A DNA stretch of 64,000 nucleotides. Origin: Candidatus Thorarchaeota archaeon. GTDB taxonomy: Archaea > Asgardarchaeota > Thorarchaeia > Thorarchaeales > Thorarchaeaceae. Below the pieces are notes generated by a model. That model saw only the letters and a list, made by a program, of their open reading frames with translations. It made no database searches and was not told the DNA's origin. The first letter of the stretch is position 1. Each line of letters opens with the position of its first letter. The stretch is from contig JBHLRS010000003.1 in the NCBI GenBank assembly GCA_048882325.1, positions 1-64,000 on the forward strand, written 5' to 3'. The translations under genes and the position numbers were made by a program. Below are positions 17,652-28,032 of the stretch, one piece after another.

Positions 17652-19139
17652 TTGAAAGCTCTAGGTACAGTCACAATGTATTATAGATTTCTTGACAGTG
17701 ACTCAAGAGATACACTTGATTTGGTGATGGACAAGTCAGTGAATTTCAGAGAGTTTGTTGTAAGTCTTGGGAAACATGTGGATTCCGCAGAAGTATCCCT
17801 ATCTCTTGCCCACATTGCTGCCGTTTTTGCTTGGGAACTTAGAGAGGTCGAAACCATCGAAAGAATTGCAGGTTGTAGTTTTGGAAGCGAGCCTGTGGTT
17901 AGACCTTGGACTTTCCCATTTAGGACAAGAAGCGATAGAATATCAACAGCTCATCTAATTGATGACGCAGTCGAATTCTCCCTTTCTACTAATCCCGAGG
18001 AGTGGATAAAGGCGGAACTTCTCCTTCTGAAGTCATATGTACTCCTTGAAACTCCTCAAGGTTCCTTGGCGTTAGAAGACGTAAAGCAACTTGTTGCATC
18101 GAATCCTGATCTATCATGTTTTAATTCCTATATCCATCATATTGATGCTCGAATCAGATATAGTGAAGGAAACTTAGCTAATGCCTTGCCCATATGCGAA
18201 ACTGGGTTAGACCTCGCGACAAAAACAGGGAATCTCTACCAGGCAGTCTGGCTCCATCGCTGGCTTGGGATGATGACAATGAATACCGAACCCAAGCTGG
18301 CAATTGCACAATTTGAACAGGCATATCAGATTGCCAAAGGTCTTGGTTCTCAATTTCATACTGAAGCTGTACTGACAGAAATGGGTTGGGTTTCTATTAT
18401 TCTAGGTGAGTACGACCTTGCGATTGCATTTTATGATGAAGCTCGTCAACTTGCATCTTCTCAAGATAGCCTGAGTGACCGTCATTCACTTGTCTTATCC
18501 AACGTTTGTAGTGACCTAGGGGATGGTCCACAAGCTCTAGATTGGGCAGAGTGGGCTCTTGAGTGGCACCTAATACATGGATCTGAAGGAGATTCATGGA
18601 CTCATTTGGCACTTGCAAGGGCACTGATTCTACTTGACCGATTGGAAGAGGCTTCTAAGCATCTTGATGCTGCTCGAGAGATGGCTTTTCGGAGTGGGCA
18701 GGAGAGAGAAATTGCCTTCTACTATCTTGTTTCTGGTCTGTATGAAACAGCTTCTGGCAATCCTCGAGAATCAATCAACATTCTTCAGAACGCTTTGGAA
18801 ATTTGTGAGCGGACAAACACTCAGATGTACCTTAATCGCTGTGTATTTGCGTTAGCATGCGCAGAGATGGAGTTGTTTAAACTGGAGGGAGGGGACGAAA
18901 CCAATGATTCTACAGGTCATTGGATGGAATACCTTGAAGAACTTGCACATAGTAGAAACCTCCCGGGACTTCTAATACAACACTCCTTGCTGAAGGCTGA
19001 ACTCCAAAAGTATCAGAACAGGTATGAAGATGCACGATCCACATTGATTGATGCCTTGACAATATATGACTCTCCTGGAGTAAAATCACTTCAAAATCAG
19101 GTTCTTGAGAAGATCAGAGAAATTGACACACGATTGTAG
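17652..19139 (+). CDS. Tetratricopeptide-repeat protein
   Basis: Repeated helical units (LAIAQFEQAYQIA, GEYDLAIAFYDEA, ESINILQNALEIC); N-terminus MKALGTVTMYYRF. Confidence 0.8.
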   Translation: MKALGTVTMYYRFLDSDSRDTLDLVMDKSVNFREFVVSLGKHVDSAEVSLSLAHIAAVFAWELREVETIERIAGCSFGSEPVVRPWTFPFRTRSDRISTAHLIDDAVEFSLSTNPEEWIKAELLLLKSYVLLETPQGSLALEDVKQLVASNPDLSCFNSYIHHIDARIRYSEGNLANALPICETGLDLATKTGNLYQAVWLHRWLGMMTMNTEPKLAIAQFEQAYQIAKGLGSQFHTEAVLTEMGWVSIILGEYDLAIAFYDEARQLASSQDSLSDRHSLVLSNVCSDLGDGPQALDWAEWALEWHLIHGSEGDSWTHLALARALILLDRLEEASKHLDAAREMAFRSGQEREIAFYYLVSGLYETASGNPRESINILQNALEICERTNTQMYLNRCVFALACAEMELFKLEGGDETNDSTGHWMEYLEELAHSRNLPGLLIQHSLLKAELQKYQNRYEDARSTLIDALTIYDSPGVKSLQNQVLEKIREIDTRL

Positions 19140-19460
19140 AACGAACTTCAAGAGCTTAGTATCTATACAGATATCTGGCCGCATGTGAGAGAGAAAACAA
19201 ACGATGGTTTACTGAACGAATCCCCAATACTATATCTTTCATTTTAGACTAAATTCAGGGGGTTGCTAAATGACCGTACTTGACTAGTCTGGTCTGTCTT
19301 CTATTGATTCTGATTGAGTCAATTGACAATAATCGAGTTCCTCTCGTGGTGAGAATGCCTTCCGTCTTTTTTCCTAGCAGTCATCATCATTCTGGTACGA
19401 CGCTTCAATGTTCAAGCAACTTATATGATTCAGTCTTCAGAATCATCCTGGGATTATGCA

Positions 19461-19979
19461 ATGCCTTTCACCCCGTACCACTTTGGTCCTGCACTTCTAA
19501 TCGGAGTTCTGCTGTTTCCCTTCATCGATTTAGCGACAGTGATGATTGCGAGTGTCATATTAGATCTTGAACCTCTGGCTGTGATTCTCTTTGACTTGCA
19601 TATGCCTCTACATGCGTTCTTCCATACATACCTTGGTGCATCCATTGTCGCTGTTGCTCTATCAATCTGTATTTACCCACTCAGGAAGTACCTCAATGAG
19701 TTAGTTGCATTCTTTGGCATGAGACAGGAGTCTTCGCTTCGACATATCATTCCTGCCAGCTTCATTGGTACGTACTCACATGTGCTACTTGACTCATTTC
19801 TCTACGCACAAATGAATCCGCTCTTTCCTCTCACTGGGAATCCGTTTGTTGGTCTTCTAACTCTTGGCCTTGTTTACAACCTGTGCCTAGGTCTTGGAAT
19901 TATCGGATTCTTTGTATATTTGATACGAGTTCTCCTCAATATCAGGATTAATCGCACAGTGGGTGATGCGTTTGAATAG
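19461..19979 (+). CDS. DUF4184-like membrane metal-dependent hydrolase
   Basis: MPFTPYH, ILDLEP, LHAFFHT, SHVLLDS, MNPLFP. Confidence 0.75.
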   Translation: MPFTPYHFGPALLIGVLLFPFIDLATVMIASVILDLEPLAVILFDLHMPLHAFFHTYLGASIVAVALSICIYPLRKYLNELVAFFGMRQESSLRHIIPASFIGTYSHVLLDSFLYAQMNPLFPLTGNPFVGLLTLGLVYNLCLGLGIIGFFVYLIRVLLNIRINRTVGDAFE

Positions 19980-19980
19980 T

Positions 19981-20427
19981 CTAGGGGAATGGACTTCTTG
20001 GGGAACTCTCTCCCCTTCCATGTTCTGGAGGTGGTTCCCAGCCTTCAGTCAACCTGAGATATTCTGCTCGCTCCGCTGCATCATGTAGTTCCATAACCGT
20101 TGCGAGATGGTTCCCACTATCATCGCGGATTGCATAGATGTACTCGTAGAAGTATCTACCAATAAAATGAACCCATCCCTCATACTTCTCTAATGCCCCA
20201 CTCTTCAAATCGCCTATCATCTTGAGAACACCGGGTTCTGCACGTTCCGGATGACAGCGAAGAATAGATGAATTCACTCTATCTTTGTCTTGCTGCAGTT
20301 GCTCAGTGACCTTACTGTTAAAGACTACAATCTTGTCATCTTGGTCTAGGACACAAATTCCCACATTAAGGTCCTCGACTAATCTTCGCATTAGGTCAAA
20401 ATCGAGAGTCATGGTTTCAATTATCAA
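19981..20427 (-). CDS. Stand-alone PAS domain protein
   Basis: GICVLDQDDKIVVFN, SILRCHP, AIRDDSGNHLATVMELHD. Confidence 0.75.
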   Translation of the reverse strand: MIIETMTLDFDLMRRLVEDLNVGICVLDQDDKIVVFNSKVTEQLQQDKDRVNSSILRCHPERAEPGVLKMIGDLKSGALEKYEGWVHFIGRYFYEYIYAIRDDSGNHLATVMELHDAAERAEYLRLTEGWEPPPEHGRGESSPRSPFP

Positions 20428-20509
20428 CAGACCATGTGATATTCTTACCGTAATGATCTTGTTTTTCCTCTATCCTGTACTTGATTAATGTTAAAGTGAA
20501 TCGTTAGAT

Positions 20510-21037
20510 ATGGAAACGGCAACATTCGGATCAGGATGCTTTTGGTGTACTGAAGCTGTCTTTCAACAGCTGAAAGGTGTTGAATCTGTAGTTTCAGGAT
20601 ACTCTGGAGGTCATGTTGAGAACCCATCATATCGCCAAGTGACTACAGGTCGGACAGGACATGCAGAGGTCTGTCAGGTTCAATATGATCCTGAACAGAT
20701 TTCCTTCGAGGATTTGCTTGAAGTCTTCTTCAACACCCATGATCCAACCACTTTGAACCGTCAAGGTCATGATGTTGGGACACAATACAGGTCTGTAATC
20801 TTCTATCACTCTGAAGAACAAAGGAAAACCGCTGAAAGGGTAAAAGCTGAACTTGATAGTAGTGGAACATGGGAGAATCCTATAGTCACAGAGATTGTTC
20901 CCTTTGAAAAATTCTATCAAGCAGAAGACTATCATCAGAACTACTATCGGAACAATCCAACCGAGGGATATTGCCGAGTGGTGATAGCACCCAAATTGAA
21001 TAAATTCGAGAAGGTCTTCAAACTTAAAATCAACTAG
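20510..21037 (+). CDS. msrA: Peptide methionine sulfoxide reductase A
   Basis: GCFWC, GYSGG, TGHAEV, HDPTTLNRQG, AEDYHQNYY. Confidence 0.97.
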   Translation: METATFGSGCFWCTEAVFQQLKGVESVVSGYSGGHVENPSYRQVTTGRTGHAEVCQVQYDPEQISFEDLLEVFFNTHDPTTLNRQGHDVGTQYRSVIFYHSEEQRKTAERVKAELDSSGTWENPIVTEIVPFEKFYQAEDYHQNYYRNNPTEGYCRVVIAPKLNKFEKVFKLKIN

Positions 21038-21150
21038 TAGTCTTGTCAAAACTCGATTTCAGTTAGTTTTCTCACGTTATGAGAAATACTAGATTCGTTG
21101 ATAACGCACGTTTAGAAAAAGAATCTATGAACTATTCGAGTTGTTGAACT

Positions 21151-21954
21151 TTGACAGATGAAGAATCCTCTGAAGTGTACGCTTTCTGTAACATTTGCAA
21201 AGAAAACGTACCATTAGATATCACAGAGGATGAAATGGAAAAGGCAAAGACTGGCCTAATCTCTGTCATATCCGTACATGGAACCCCACAGCATGCAATC
21301 CTTGTGTATCTAGACATGAACCTCAAGGCTCGAGGCGTTGAATATCCTTCACTGCTACAAGTTACTGAAGGCACATCGGGTGGAGAAACAGCAACTGTCA
21401 AGGAAGACGTAATCGATCTTAACTCAATAATCAGTTCATTTGGTGAGAAACAAGAACAAGCAATCAAAGCGTTTGCTCATATCTCAGCTCAACTCATTGC
21501 TGGAAACTCTCTCTATCTCATTCACAAGAACAAAAGCATAGGAAGAGTAGTGAAAGACCAGATTGACTCTCTATTTACTGATGAGAAACCCGCATCATTC
21601 GTGATTACCATGGATGAGATTGAATATGTGACAGGAATGAGACCTACAATCTATGATCTTCAATTTGGCTCTTTCATTTCTGAAGGTATTGCAATTGATA
21701 CATCGTATTTCGAACAAATCATCAAAGATGCTCTCGGAAGCCCAAATGGGTTTAGCATGTTGAAGAACGACTACCACAAATTGAAGTATTCTTACCGTCG
21801 TCTCTGGGAGTTATTGTCGAGTGGTGCGCGAACATACACTCACAAGAAACTAGCCTACCTAGTATCAATCGATCTCTCCCTCATACCTCTTCTTCTTAGA
21901 ATGGCTGAGAATGATGGCGTAGATGTTGCATCTCGAGTAAAGAAATCCAAATAG
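21151..21954 (+). CDS. Hypothetical protein with N-terminal putative Zn-binding domain
   Basis: CNIC...VHGTPQHAILVYLDMNLKARG; possible C-terminal HTH. Confidence 0.7.
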   Translation: MTDEESSEVYAFCNICKENVPLDITEDEMEKAKTGLISVISVHGTPQHAILVYLDMNLKARGVEYPSLLQVTEGTSGGETATVKEDVIDLNSIISSFGEKQEQAIKAFAHISAQLIAGNSLYLIHKNKSIGRVVKDQIDSLFTDEKPASFVITMDEIEYVTGMRPTIYDLQFGSFISEGIAIDTSYFEQIIKDALGSPNGFSMLKNDYHKLKYSYRRLWELLSSGARTYTHKKLAYLVSIDLSLIPLLLRMAENDGVDVASRVKKSK

Positions 21955-22041
21955 GAAAAGAAGTGACCGAAATTCCATTATTGAAAAGATAGATAGGGTG
22001 AATTGACCTAAATAATCCTAGTTACATTTGGAGGAGACACA

Positions 22042-22932
22042 TTGACAGAGATACCATATAGTGGAGAAAAGATTGCAAAGTTTGGTGAAATGGAGATTGC
22101 CTATGACACGTTTGGAGAACCGTCATCACCCCCCATGCTTCTCATAATGGGGTTGGGTGGACAAATGATTAGGTGGGATGAGGTATTTTGTCAAGCAATC
22201 GCAGCACAAGGACGTTGGGTGATTCGTTTCGACAATCGTGATGTGGGACTGTCGACGAAGTTTGATGAGGGCGGTGTACCTGATGTCATGGCGCTTCTGC
22301 AGGGAAACCCGGGCGATGCACCATACAAACTGAAGGACATGGCTGCTGATGCAGTAGGTCTACTTGATGTTCTTGGAATCAAGGCTGCTGACGTTGTTGG
22401 GGTTTCAATGGGTGGGATGATTGCTCAGACCATGGCAATTCACTACCCTGACCGGGTTAGGACCCTTACATCAATCATGTCCTCAACGGGCAACCCTGAC
22501 CTTCCACGACCAACTCCTGAGGCGACAGCAGTGTTGGTGACACCCCCCGTGTCGACTATGACTGAGTACGTTACTAACTCTCTCAATTCTGCAAGAGTAC
22601 TGCATGGACCTAAATACAAACTAGACGAGGACTATGTTAGGAGCTGGGCGGAACGTTCGTATAATAGGTGTTATCATCCTCAAGGATTTGCCAGACAACT
22701 AGGAGCTATTCTAACCTCTGAGAGCCGAAGTGAGTCACTTGCAAACCTAAAGATACCAACTCTGGTGATTCACGGAGATGCAGATCCACTGGTCCCAGTC
22801 GATGCTGGAAAAGACACAGCTAACAGCATTCCTGGTGCAAAACTGATCATCTACGAGGGAATGGGACACAGCTTTCCAACTGAGCTTGCACCTAAGATTA
22901 TTGGGGAAATCCTGCAACACACCGCTCCATAG
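22042..22932 (+). CDS. Alpha/beta fold hydrolase
   Basis: RFDNRDVGLS, GVSMGG nucleophile elbow, HGDADPLVP, GMGH. Confidence 0.92.
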   Translation: MTEIPYSGEKIAKFGEMEIAYDTFGEPSSPPMLLIMGLGGQMIRWDEVFCQAIAAQGRWVIRFDNRDVGLSTKFDEGGVPDVMALLQGNPGDAPYKLKDMAADAVGLLDVLGIKAADVVGVSMGGMIAQTMAIHYPDRVRTLTSIMSSTGNPDLPRPTPEATAVLVTPPVSTMTEYVTNSLNSARVLHGPKYKLDEDYVRSWAERSYNRCYHPQGFARQLGAILTSESRSESLANLKIPTLVIHGDADPLVPVDAGKDTANSIPGAKLIIYEGMGHSFPTELAPKIIGEILQHTAP

Positions 22933-22946
22933 ACAAGAAATTGAGT

Positions 22947-22968
22947 GAGTGGGATATGACTCCCACTC
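22947..22968. terminator. Hairpin between convergent genes
   Basis: GAGTGGGA-TATGAC-TCCCACTC. Confidence 0.5.
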
Positions 22969-22975
22969 GAATAGA

Positions 22976-24235
22976 TTAGGTTCCTTCAGCATAGGCTCGT
23001 GCATAGCGCTCTTGCTCCTCTGTCCATTGGTCAATGCTGATTCCCATTGTTTCGAGTTTAGCAAGTGCTGTTTCGTTATCAAGATTCTTTGGGAACTCGT
23101 ATACTGCCGGTTTGAGGTCTTTGCCATTCTTGGTCATCCAAATCATGGCATTCAATTGCGAAGCAAATGAGAGATCCATGACTTCAGAGGGATGACCTTC
23201 CGCGGCTGTAAGATTAACCAATCGGCCCTCACCTAAGAGGTAGAGTCGTCGACCATCTTTCAGCTCGTACTCATCGAGGGCATGACGTACCCTTCTCTTC
23301 GGACCTTTACTTTGTGCGATGAGGTCAGGTTCATTGATCTCAACATTATAGTGTCCAGCATTTCCAAACATCGCTCCGTCCTTCATGACCTTGAAGTGTT
23401 CTCCAGTAATGACATCCTTCATCCCTGTAGCTGTGAGAAACAGATCTCCTTCCGGAGCAGCATCACTCATCTTCATCACTCTGAAACCATCCATTCTAGC
23501 CTGTAGTCCACGAACGGGATCAACTTCAGTGACAATCACATTGGCTCCGAGTCCTCTGGCTCGTTCAGCCATTCCACGACCACAGTAACCATAACCTCCT
23601 ATGACCACTGTCTTACCAGCAATCAGGATTGCAGAGGCTCTCATTACACCATCAAAGACACTCTGACCGGTTCCGTATACATTATCGAACAGGTGTTTAG
23701 TGTCTGCATCATTGACTGCCATGATTGGATACTTGAGAGCTCCATCTTCAGCCATGGCTCTGACACGGATTACACCAGTGGTTGTTTCTTCAGATCCACC
23801 ATAGAGGTTGGGAATGAGTTCTTGGTGTTTATTATGCAGGGTAAAAATGAGGTCAGCGCCATCATCAAGTGTTAGTGTTGGCTCAGACTTTAGGGTCTGT
23901 TCAATACACCAGTAGTACTCCTCGTTATTCAGATTGTGCCATGCATAGATTGGGATGTCATTTGCAGCAAGTCCAGCTGCTACCTTGTCATTTGTGGAAA
24001 GCGGATTACAGCCAGACCATGCGACATCAGCTCCAGCAGCACGAAGGGTTTCAACTAGGACTGCTGTTTCCTTTGTTACATGGAGACAACCTGCAATTCT
24101 CATTCCCTTAAGGGGTTGAGTCTTGGCAAACTTCTTTCGCAAATGCATTAGAACAGGCATATGCTTCTCAGCGTATTCAATCAACATCCTGCCTTCTTCA
24201 GCAAGACCAATGTCTTTGACTTTGTAATCAGTCAT
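22976..24235 (-). CDS. ahcY: Adenosylhomocysteinase
   Basis: GCLHVTKET, GCNPLST, EETTTG, KHLFDNVYGTGQS, GRLVNL, EGHPSEVMD. Confidence 0.97.
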   Translation of the reverse strand: MTDYKVKDIGLAEEGRMLIEYAEKHMPVLMHLRKKFAKTQPLKGMRIAGCLHVTKETAVLVETLRAAGADVAWSGCNPLSTNDKVAAGLAANDIPIYAWHNLNNEEYYWCIEQTLKSEPTLTLDDGADLIFTLHNKHQELIPNLYGGSEETTTGVIRVRAMAEDGALKYPIMAVNDADTKHLFDNVYGTGQSVFDGVMRASAILIAGKTVVIGGYGYCGRGMAERARGLGANVIVTEVDPVRGLQARMDGFRVMKMSDAAPEGDLFLTATGMKDVITGEHFKVMKDGAMFGNAGHYNVEINEPDLIAQSKGPKRRVRHALDEYELKDGRRLYLLGEGRLVNLTAAEGHPSEVMDLSFASQLNAMIWMTKNGKDLKPAVYEFPKNLDNETALAKLETMGISIDQWTEEQERYARAYAEGT

Positions 24236-24322
24236 CTAAATCACGTGCCTCGCTGAAACCATAATGTATATGAATACTCCATAGCAATTTGGAATAAAAT
24301 GCATCAAAGATGAGAAATAATT

Positions 24323-25261
24323 ATGCAATTAATAACTTCTGAAGCAGAAAGGATGTTACTGAGATTACTAGTACAAAACTGCAGATATAATCCAGGAATA
24401 ATCGGGAAAGCAATTGGCAGGAGCCGAAACTGGGTTTCGCGAACAATCAAGAATCTTGTGTCAAAGGGCGCTATTAGAAGCTACACAACCATCTTGAATC
24501 CTGTTCTTGTCAAAGCAGCAAGAGATACAATTCTCTTCATGAAAAGTAATCCTCGAGAGCAGGATGTGAGTAAGAAAGTACTACTGATGGAAGAGCTCGA
24601 AATATTGGATGGAATTGCTGGTGAGTTCTCATTGGTCGGATTCTTCAGATTCGACAGTCAAGGAGCGTTTGAAGATCTGCTTGATCGAGTGGACAGTGTG
24701 GTCGCAAGTTCAGGATCTGGGAAGTACAATCTAGTCCAGGTTTTGACCACATACAAGAAAACTGGATTCAAGATTGTCCAGAACGAATCCGTTGAATCAC
24801 ATCTATCATCAAAGGAGGTCGAACTTCTTAGGATAGTGCGACGTCAGAAACCAACACCTGAAAACCCCTTCCCGCTCACGCAGGAAGCAATTGGAAAACG
24901 GATGAATCCTCCAATGCGGCAGCCTGCTGTTTCTAAGGCAATCGAGAAGCTCTTAATCAAGAAAGCAATCGTCGGATATTCGATTGATATCGATTTTCGA
25001 CTCATAGGACTACCTGTAAAGTTCTTCGTTAGAATGAAAGTTTCACCAGGCAAAGCCAGCGAAGTAGCTCAAAGACTCGCTGAAATGGAGGACGTGTGGG
25101 ATCTGTATCGAACCAGTGAAGACTACACTCTATTTGCGACTGTCCGGACAGATAGCATTGAGTCATTCAACAGGTTTCTACGAAGGCTTTACGAAGATGA
25201 GAGTGTGCTTGATACGCATTCTTACATCTCTCTAGAGGAATGGTTTATCCCAATTCATTGA
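24323..25261 (+). CDS. Lrp/AsnC family regulator with two tandem HTH-RAM units
   Basis: Two HTH segments each followed by a RAM-like domain (GEFSLV, VWDLYRTSEDYTLF); divergent from ahcY. Confidence 0.8.
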   Translation: MQLITSEAERMLLRLLVQNCRYNPGIIGKAIGRSRNWVSRTIKNLVSKGAIRSYTTILNPVLVKAARDTILFMKSNPREQDVSKKVLLMEELEILDGIAGEFSLVGFFRFDSQGAFEDLLDRVDSVVASSGSGKYNLVQVLTTYKKTGFKIVQNESVESHLSSKEVELLRIVRRQKPTPENPFPLTQEAIGKRMNPPMRQPAVSKAIEKLLIKKAIVGYSIDIDFRLIGLPVKFFVRMKVSPGKASEVAQRLAEMEDVWDLYRTSEDYTLFATVRTDSIESFNRFLRRLYEDESVLDTHSYISLEEWFIPIH

Positions 25262-25842
25262 ACTTCTTTTGAACTGGACCTGCCAAGCCAATGATTGCTC
25301 CAGAGATTGTTGGCAGAATATCGAACCAGTATAGGAAGCCAGGCAATCATCATTACTGCATTTGTGAGAATGTTTGCCATCCAGTATGCTGTACCATTGA
25401 TGGGTCCATAGGGAGAAAAGAACAGTACAAGTGGCCCCACAACATCAAATGGGTTCACCCAGGGCCATAATATGGGGTTAAACCAGTGCATAGGATAGTC
25501 CAGTAGGAGATGTGAGAGAACTCCGATAAAGCAGGACGCAACAAGCATTCCCGATAGACTGCAAGCTTCTTTCAAGTCGTTTTTGTTCACGTTAAAAAAA
25601 GTGGAGATAATAGGTGGGTACAACAACCACGTGACGAGAGCCGCTAGGAGTGTACCTACTGCAACAGCTCCTACTAGACTATGGAGGAAAAGATGGTCTG
25701 GTAAATCACTGAAGAATATCCACATCAATGGCACCTCAATGTCCGGAATTACCGAGCCAACCACCACTCCTGGTAGTAGGAGTTTCCTATTCATCTTAGA
25801 CAGACCAAATGCAAGAGGATAGTGGAGTGGTGTGATTGGCAT
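25255..25842 (-). CDS. DUF4184-like membrane metal-dependent hydrolase
   Basis: MPITPLH, IPDIE, HLFLHS, SHLLLD, NPILWP. Confidence 0.75.
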   Translation of the reverse strand: MPITPLHYPLAFGLSKMNRKLLLPGVVVGSVIPDIEVPLMWIFFSDLPDHLFLHSLVGAVAVGTLLAALVTWLLYPPIISTFFNVNKNDLKEACSLSGMLVASCFIGVLSHLLLDYPMHWFNPILWPWVNPFDVVGPLVLFFSPYGPINGTAYWMANILTNAVMMIAWLPILVRYSANNLWSNHWLGRSSSKEVQ

Positions 25843-25930
25843 CTAAACCATCTCTTGATTCCCTAATTCTAGTTCATATTTAGATACTCTTAAAGAAGAA
25901 ACATTGTACTCCTCCGCTAAGGTGCAATAA

Positions 25931-26458
25931 ATGGGACTATACGAGTTCGATGGAAAAACACCAAATGTTGATCCTGATGCGTACGTATCGCCTCGTGCCT
26001 CTCTAATCGGGAATGTCGAGATCGGAGCTGATTCGAGCGTGTGGGAGTCTGCAGTGATTCGAGCTGATTTGAACTTCATCCGTATTGGAAAAGGGACGTC
26101 AATTCAAGATAACTGCTCAGTCCATACTACTTTCATGAATCCTACCACTATTGGAGACTACGTCACTTGTGGACATAATAGCGTCATTCATGCCTGCGAG
26201 ATTGGAAACCGAACCGTTGTAGGAATGGGTGCCATAGTCTTGGATGGTGCAAAGGTCGGGAACGATTGCGTTATCGGAGCTGGAACTGTTGTGACTGAAC
26301 GAACCGTCATTCCAGATGGAAGCTTAGTACTTGGTATTCCAGGAAAGGTGGTCAAGGAAGTTACTGACTCGATGAAAGAGGCTTTCATGGCAGGTGCCCA
26401 ACTGTATGTAGAACTTGGGAAACAGCACAAGCAATCTGGTTCTGGAAAACCACAATGA
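25931..26458 (+). CDS. Gamma carbonic anhydrase family (YrdA/PaaY-like) protein
   Basis: IRAD, IQDNCSVH, GHNSVIHAC, hexapeptide repeats. Confidence 0.92.
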   Translation: MGLYEFDGKTPNVDPDAYVSPRASLIGNVEIGADSSVWESAVIRADLNFIRIGKGTSIQDNCSVHTTFMNPTTIGDYVTCGHNSVIHACEIGNRTVVGMGAIVLDGAKVGNDCVIGAGTVVTERTVIPDGSLVLGIPGKVVKEVTDSMKEAFMAGAQLYVELGKQHKQSGSGKPQ

Positions 26459-26517
26459 GCCTGTGCTGACAAATCTAATATCTAGCATTGCAAAGACTTA
26501 GTTGAGGTTGACGACCA

Positions 26518-27276
26518 ATGCATCGACGACAATCATTCCTGCTGGTTTCGTTCACAGTATCACTATTCATTCTACTAGGGACTGTATCCGCTCAGTCCAA
26601 TCTTGTGGCAAACATCACCCGAGATGATGAACATCTTTCCAGTTTCAGTCCAAACAACTACGTTGCTGACTTGGACTCCGGGCACTGGACCGTAGTCGTC
26701 AACTCAGACTCGTTCTGGGAGTTAGAAGTGAAGATTACAGTTGCTTATGATAGTGCATACACTAACGTGATTACGGAGAGTGGCACGGACTATGGGAATT
26801 ACCCTCGTGTTGATTTTGACCTCGCTTCAAACAGCACAGTCTACATTCAGGTTTCAGAGAACTCGGTGTACTCTGACACGACTGGATTCTATCGTATTGG
26901 AGTGTATGATGATGCACATATCCCAGGTTTCTTCCAATCACTATCATTCTTCGAGATAATGATGCTAATCGCTATTCTGGCTTTCCTGCTTCCCGTTATT
27001 ATCTGCGTAGTGGCGTTTCGAAGATCGCGACGTGCAACAGCCCCCTTACGAAGAACAGAGAGTATTCTTGTTGATGCCCCATTGCATGTTATCCCTGAAG
27101 AGCATCAGGGGAGTATACAGACGCATGGCAGTAGAACCACAACAGTCCGTCTTCCTGTTGAGTGTCCATCATGCGGCGCACAGGTTTCACACGAGAGTGT
27201 TGATTGGACTGGACCACTGGAGGCTCAATGCGGCTATTGTGGTGCAACGATGCGTGCATCCTTTGAAAACATCTAA
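26518..27276 (+). CDS. Single-pass membrane protein: signal peptide, beta-rich ectodomain, TM, cytoplasmic zinc ribbon
   Basis: N-terminal signal, TM at IMMLIAILAFLLPVIICVVAF, CPSCGA...CGYCGA. Confidence 0.7.
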   Translation: MHRRQSFLLVSFTVSLFILLGTVSAQSNLVANITRDDEHLSSFSPNNYVADLDSGHWTVVVNSDSFWELEVKITVAYDSAYTNVITESGTDYGNYPRVDFDLASNSTVYIQVSENSVYSDTTGFYRIGVYDDAHIPGFFQSLSFFEIMMLIAILAFLLPVIICVVAFRRSRRATAPLRRTESILVDAPLHVIPEEHQGSIQTHGSRTTTVRLPVECPSCGAQVSHESVDWTGPLEAQCGYCGATMRASFENI

Positions 27277-27324
27277 AGGATTTTAGAGGAGGGAGAGAGG
27301 CCCCTCCCCAGATTCTTAGTTTGT

Positions 27325-27966
27325 TTATTCGAAAACCTTCAAGAGCTTGTAGCTCTGGAAGACGGACCATAGCACTAATGCATAAACTGACACCTTCTGC
27401 CAAAGAGATGATCCGATTATATCCCTCATGACTCCAAAAAGCCCAGCGATATAAAGAACGCAGATTACCACGACAATAAATCCAATCAGCGCATAGATGT
27501 TCTCATACTCACTCTTCTTGAGTATTGCAACTGAGTAACAAAGAATACCTAGCATAATAAGAATAAAGAAAATCCGAGTTGTGGTCCCGTGTATCTCTTC
27601 AAAGAGATTCCCTGCGAAAATTGATAGAGCTGAAAGGTTAATTGCTGCGCCTACACCCAAGATTGTACCCATCCAACTTAGGACTTTGAAACTTGTTGTT
27701 TCCGTGAAGTATGTTCGCAGTGCGAACAAGGCTGGTACTAGACATACAGCTGCGCCTGTACAGGCAATCACGAACAAGTAGTAGTTTAGTAGAGATGGTG
27801 TACCATCAATCTCCGTCTGTCCAAGTGCACTGAAGGAGTCATCTATGAATGAATATCCGCCTGGATATGTCAACATAGCAATGAAAGTGACAATGACGAA
27901 GATGATTCCACCAAGTATTCCCAAATAAGCTCCAATTCTTTTCCATGAGAGTGACAATCTAACCAC
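27325..27966 (-). CDS. DUF998-like membrane protein
   Basis: YPGGYSF..DSFSALG motif, 6 TM, WQK. Confidence 0.65.
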   Translation of the reverse strand: MVRLSLSWKRIGAYLGILGGIIFVIVTFIAMLTYPGGYSFIDDSFSALGQTEIDGTPSLLNYYLFVIACTGAAVCLVPALFALRTYFTETTSFKVLSWMGTILGVGAAINLSALSIFAGNLFEEIHGTTTRIFFILIMLGILCYSVAILKKSEYENIYALIGFIVVVICVLYIAGLFGVMRDIIGSSLWQKVSVYALVLWSVFQSYKLLKVFE

Positions 27967-28032
27967 CTCAAAATGAATGTGTATAGGAATCCAATCTTCT
28001 GCCAGTACTCCCTAATAAAACAATCAGGATAT

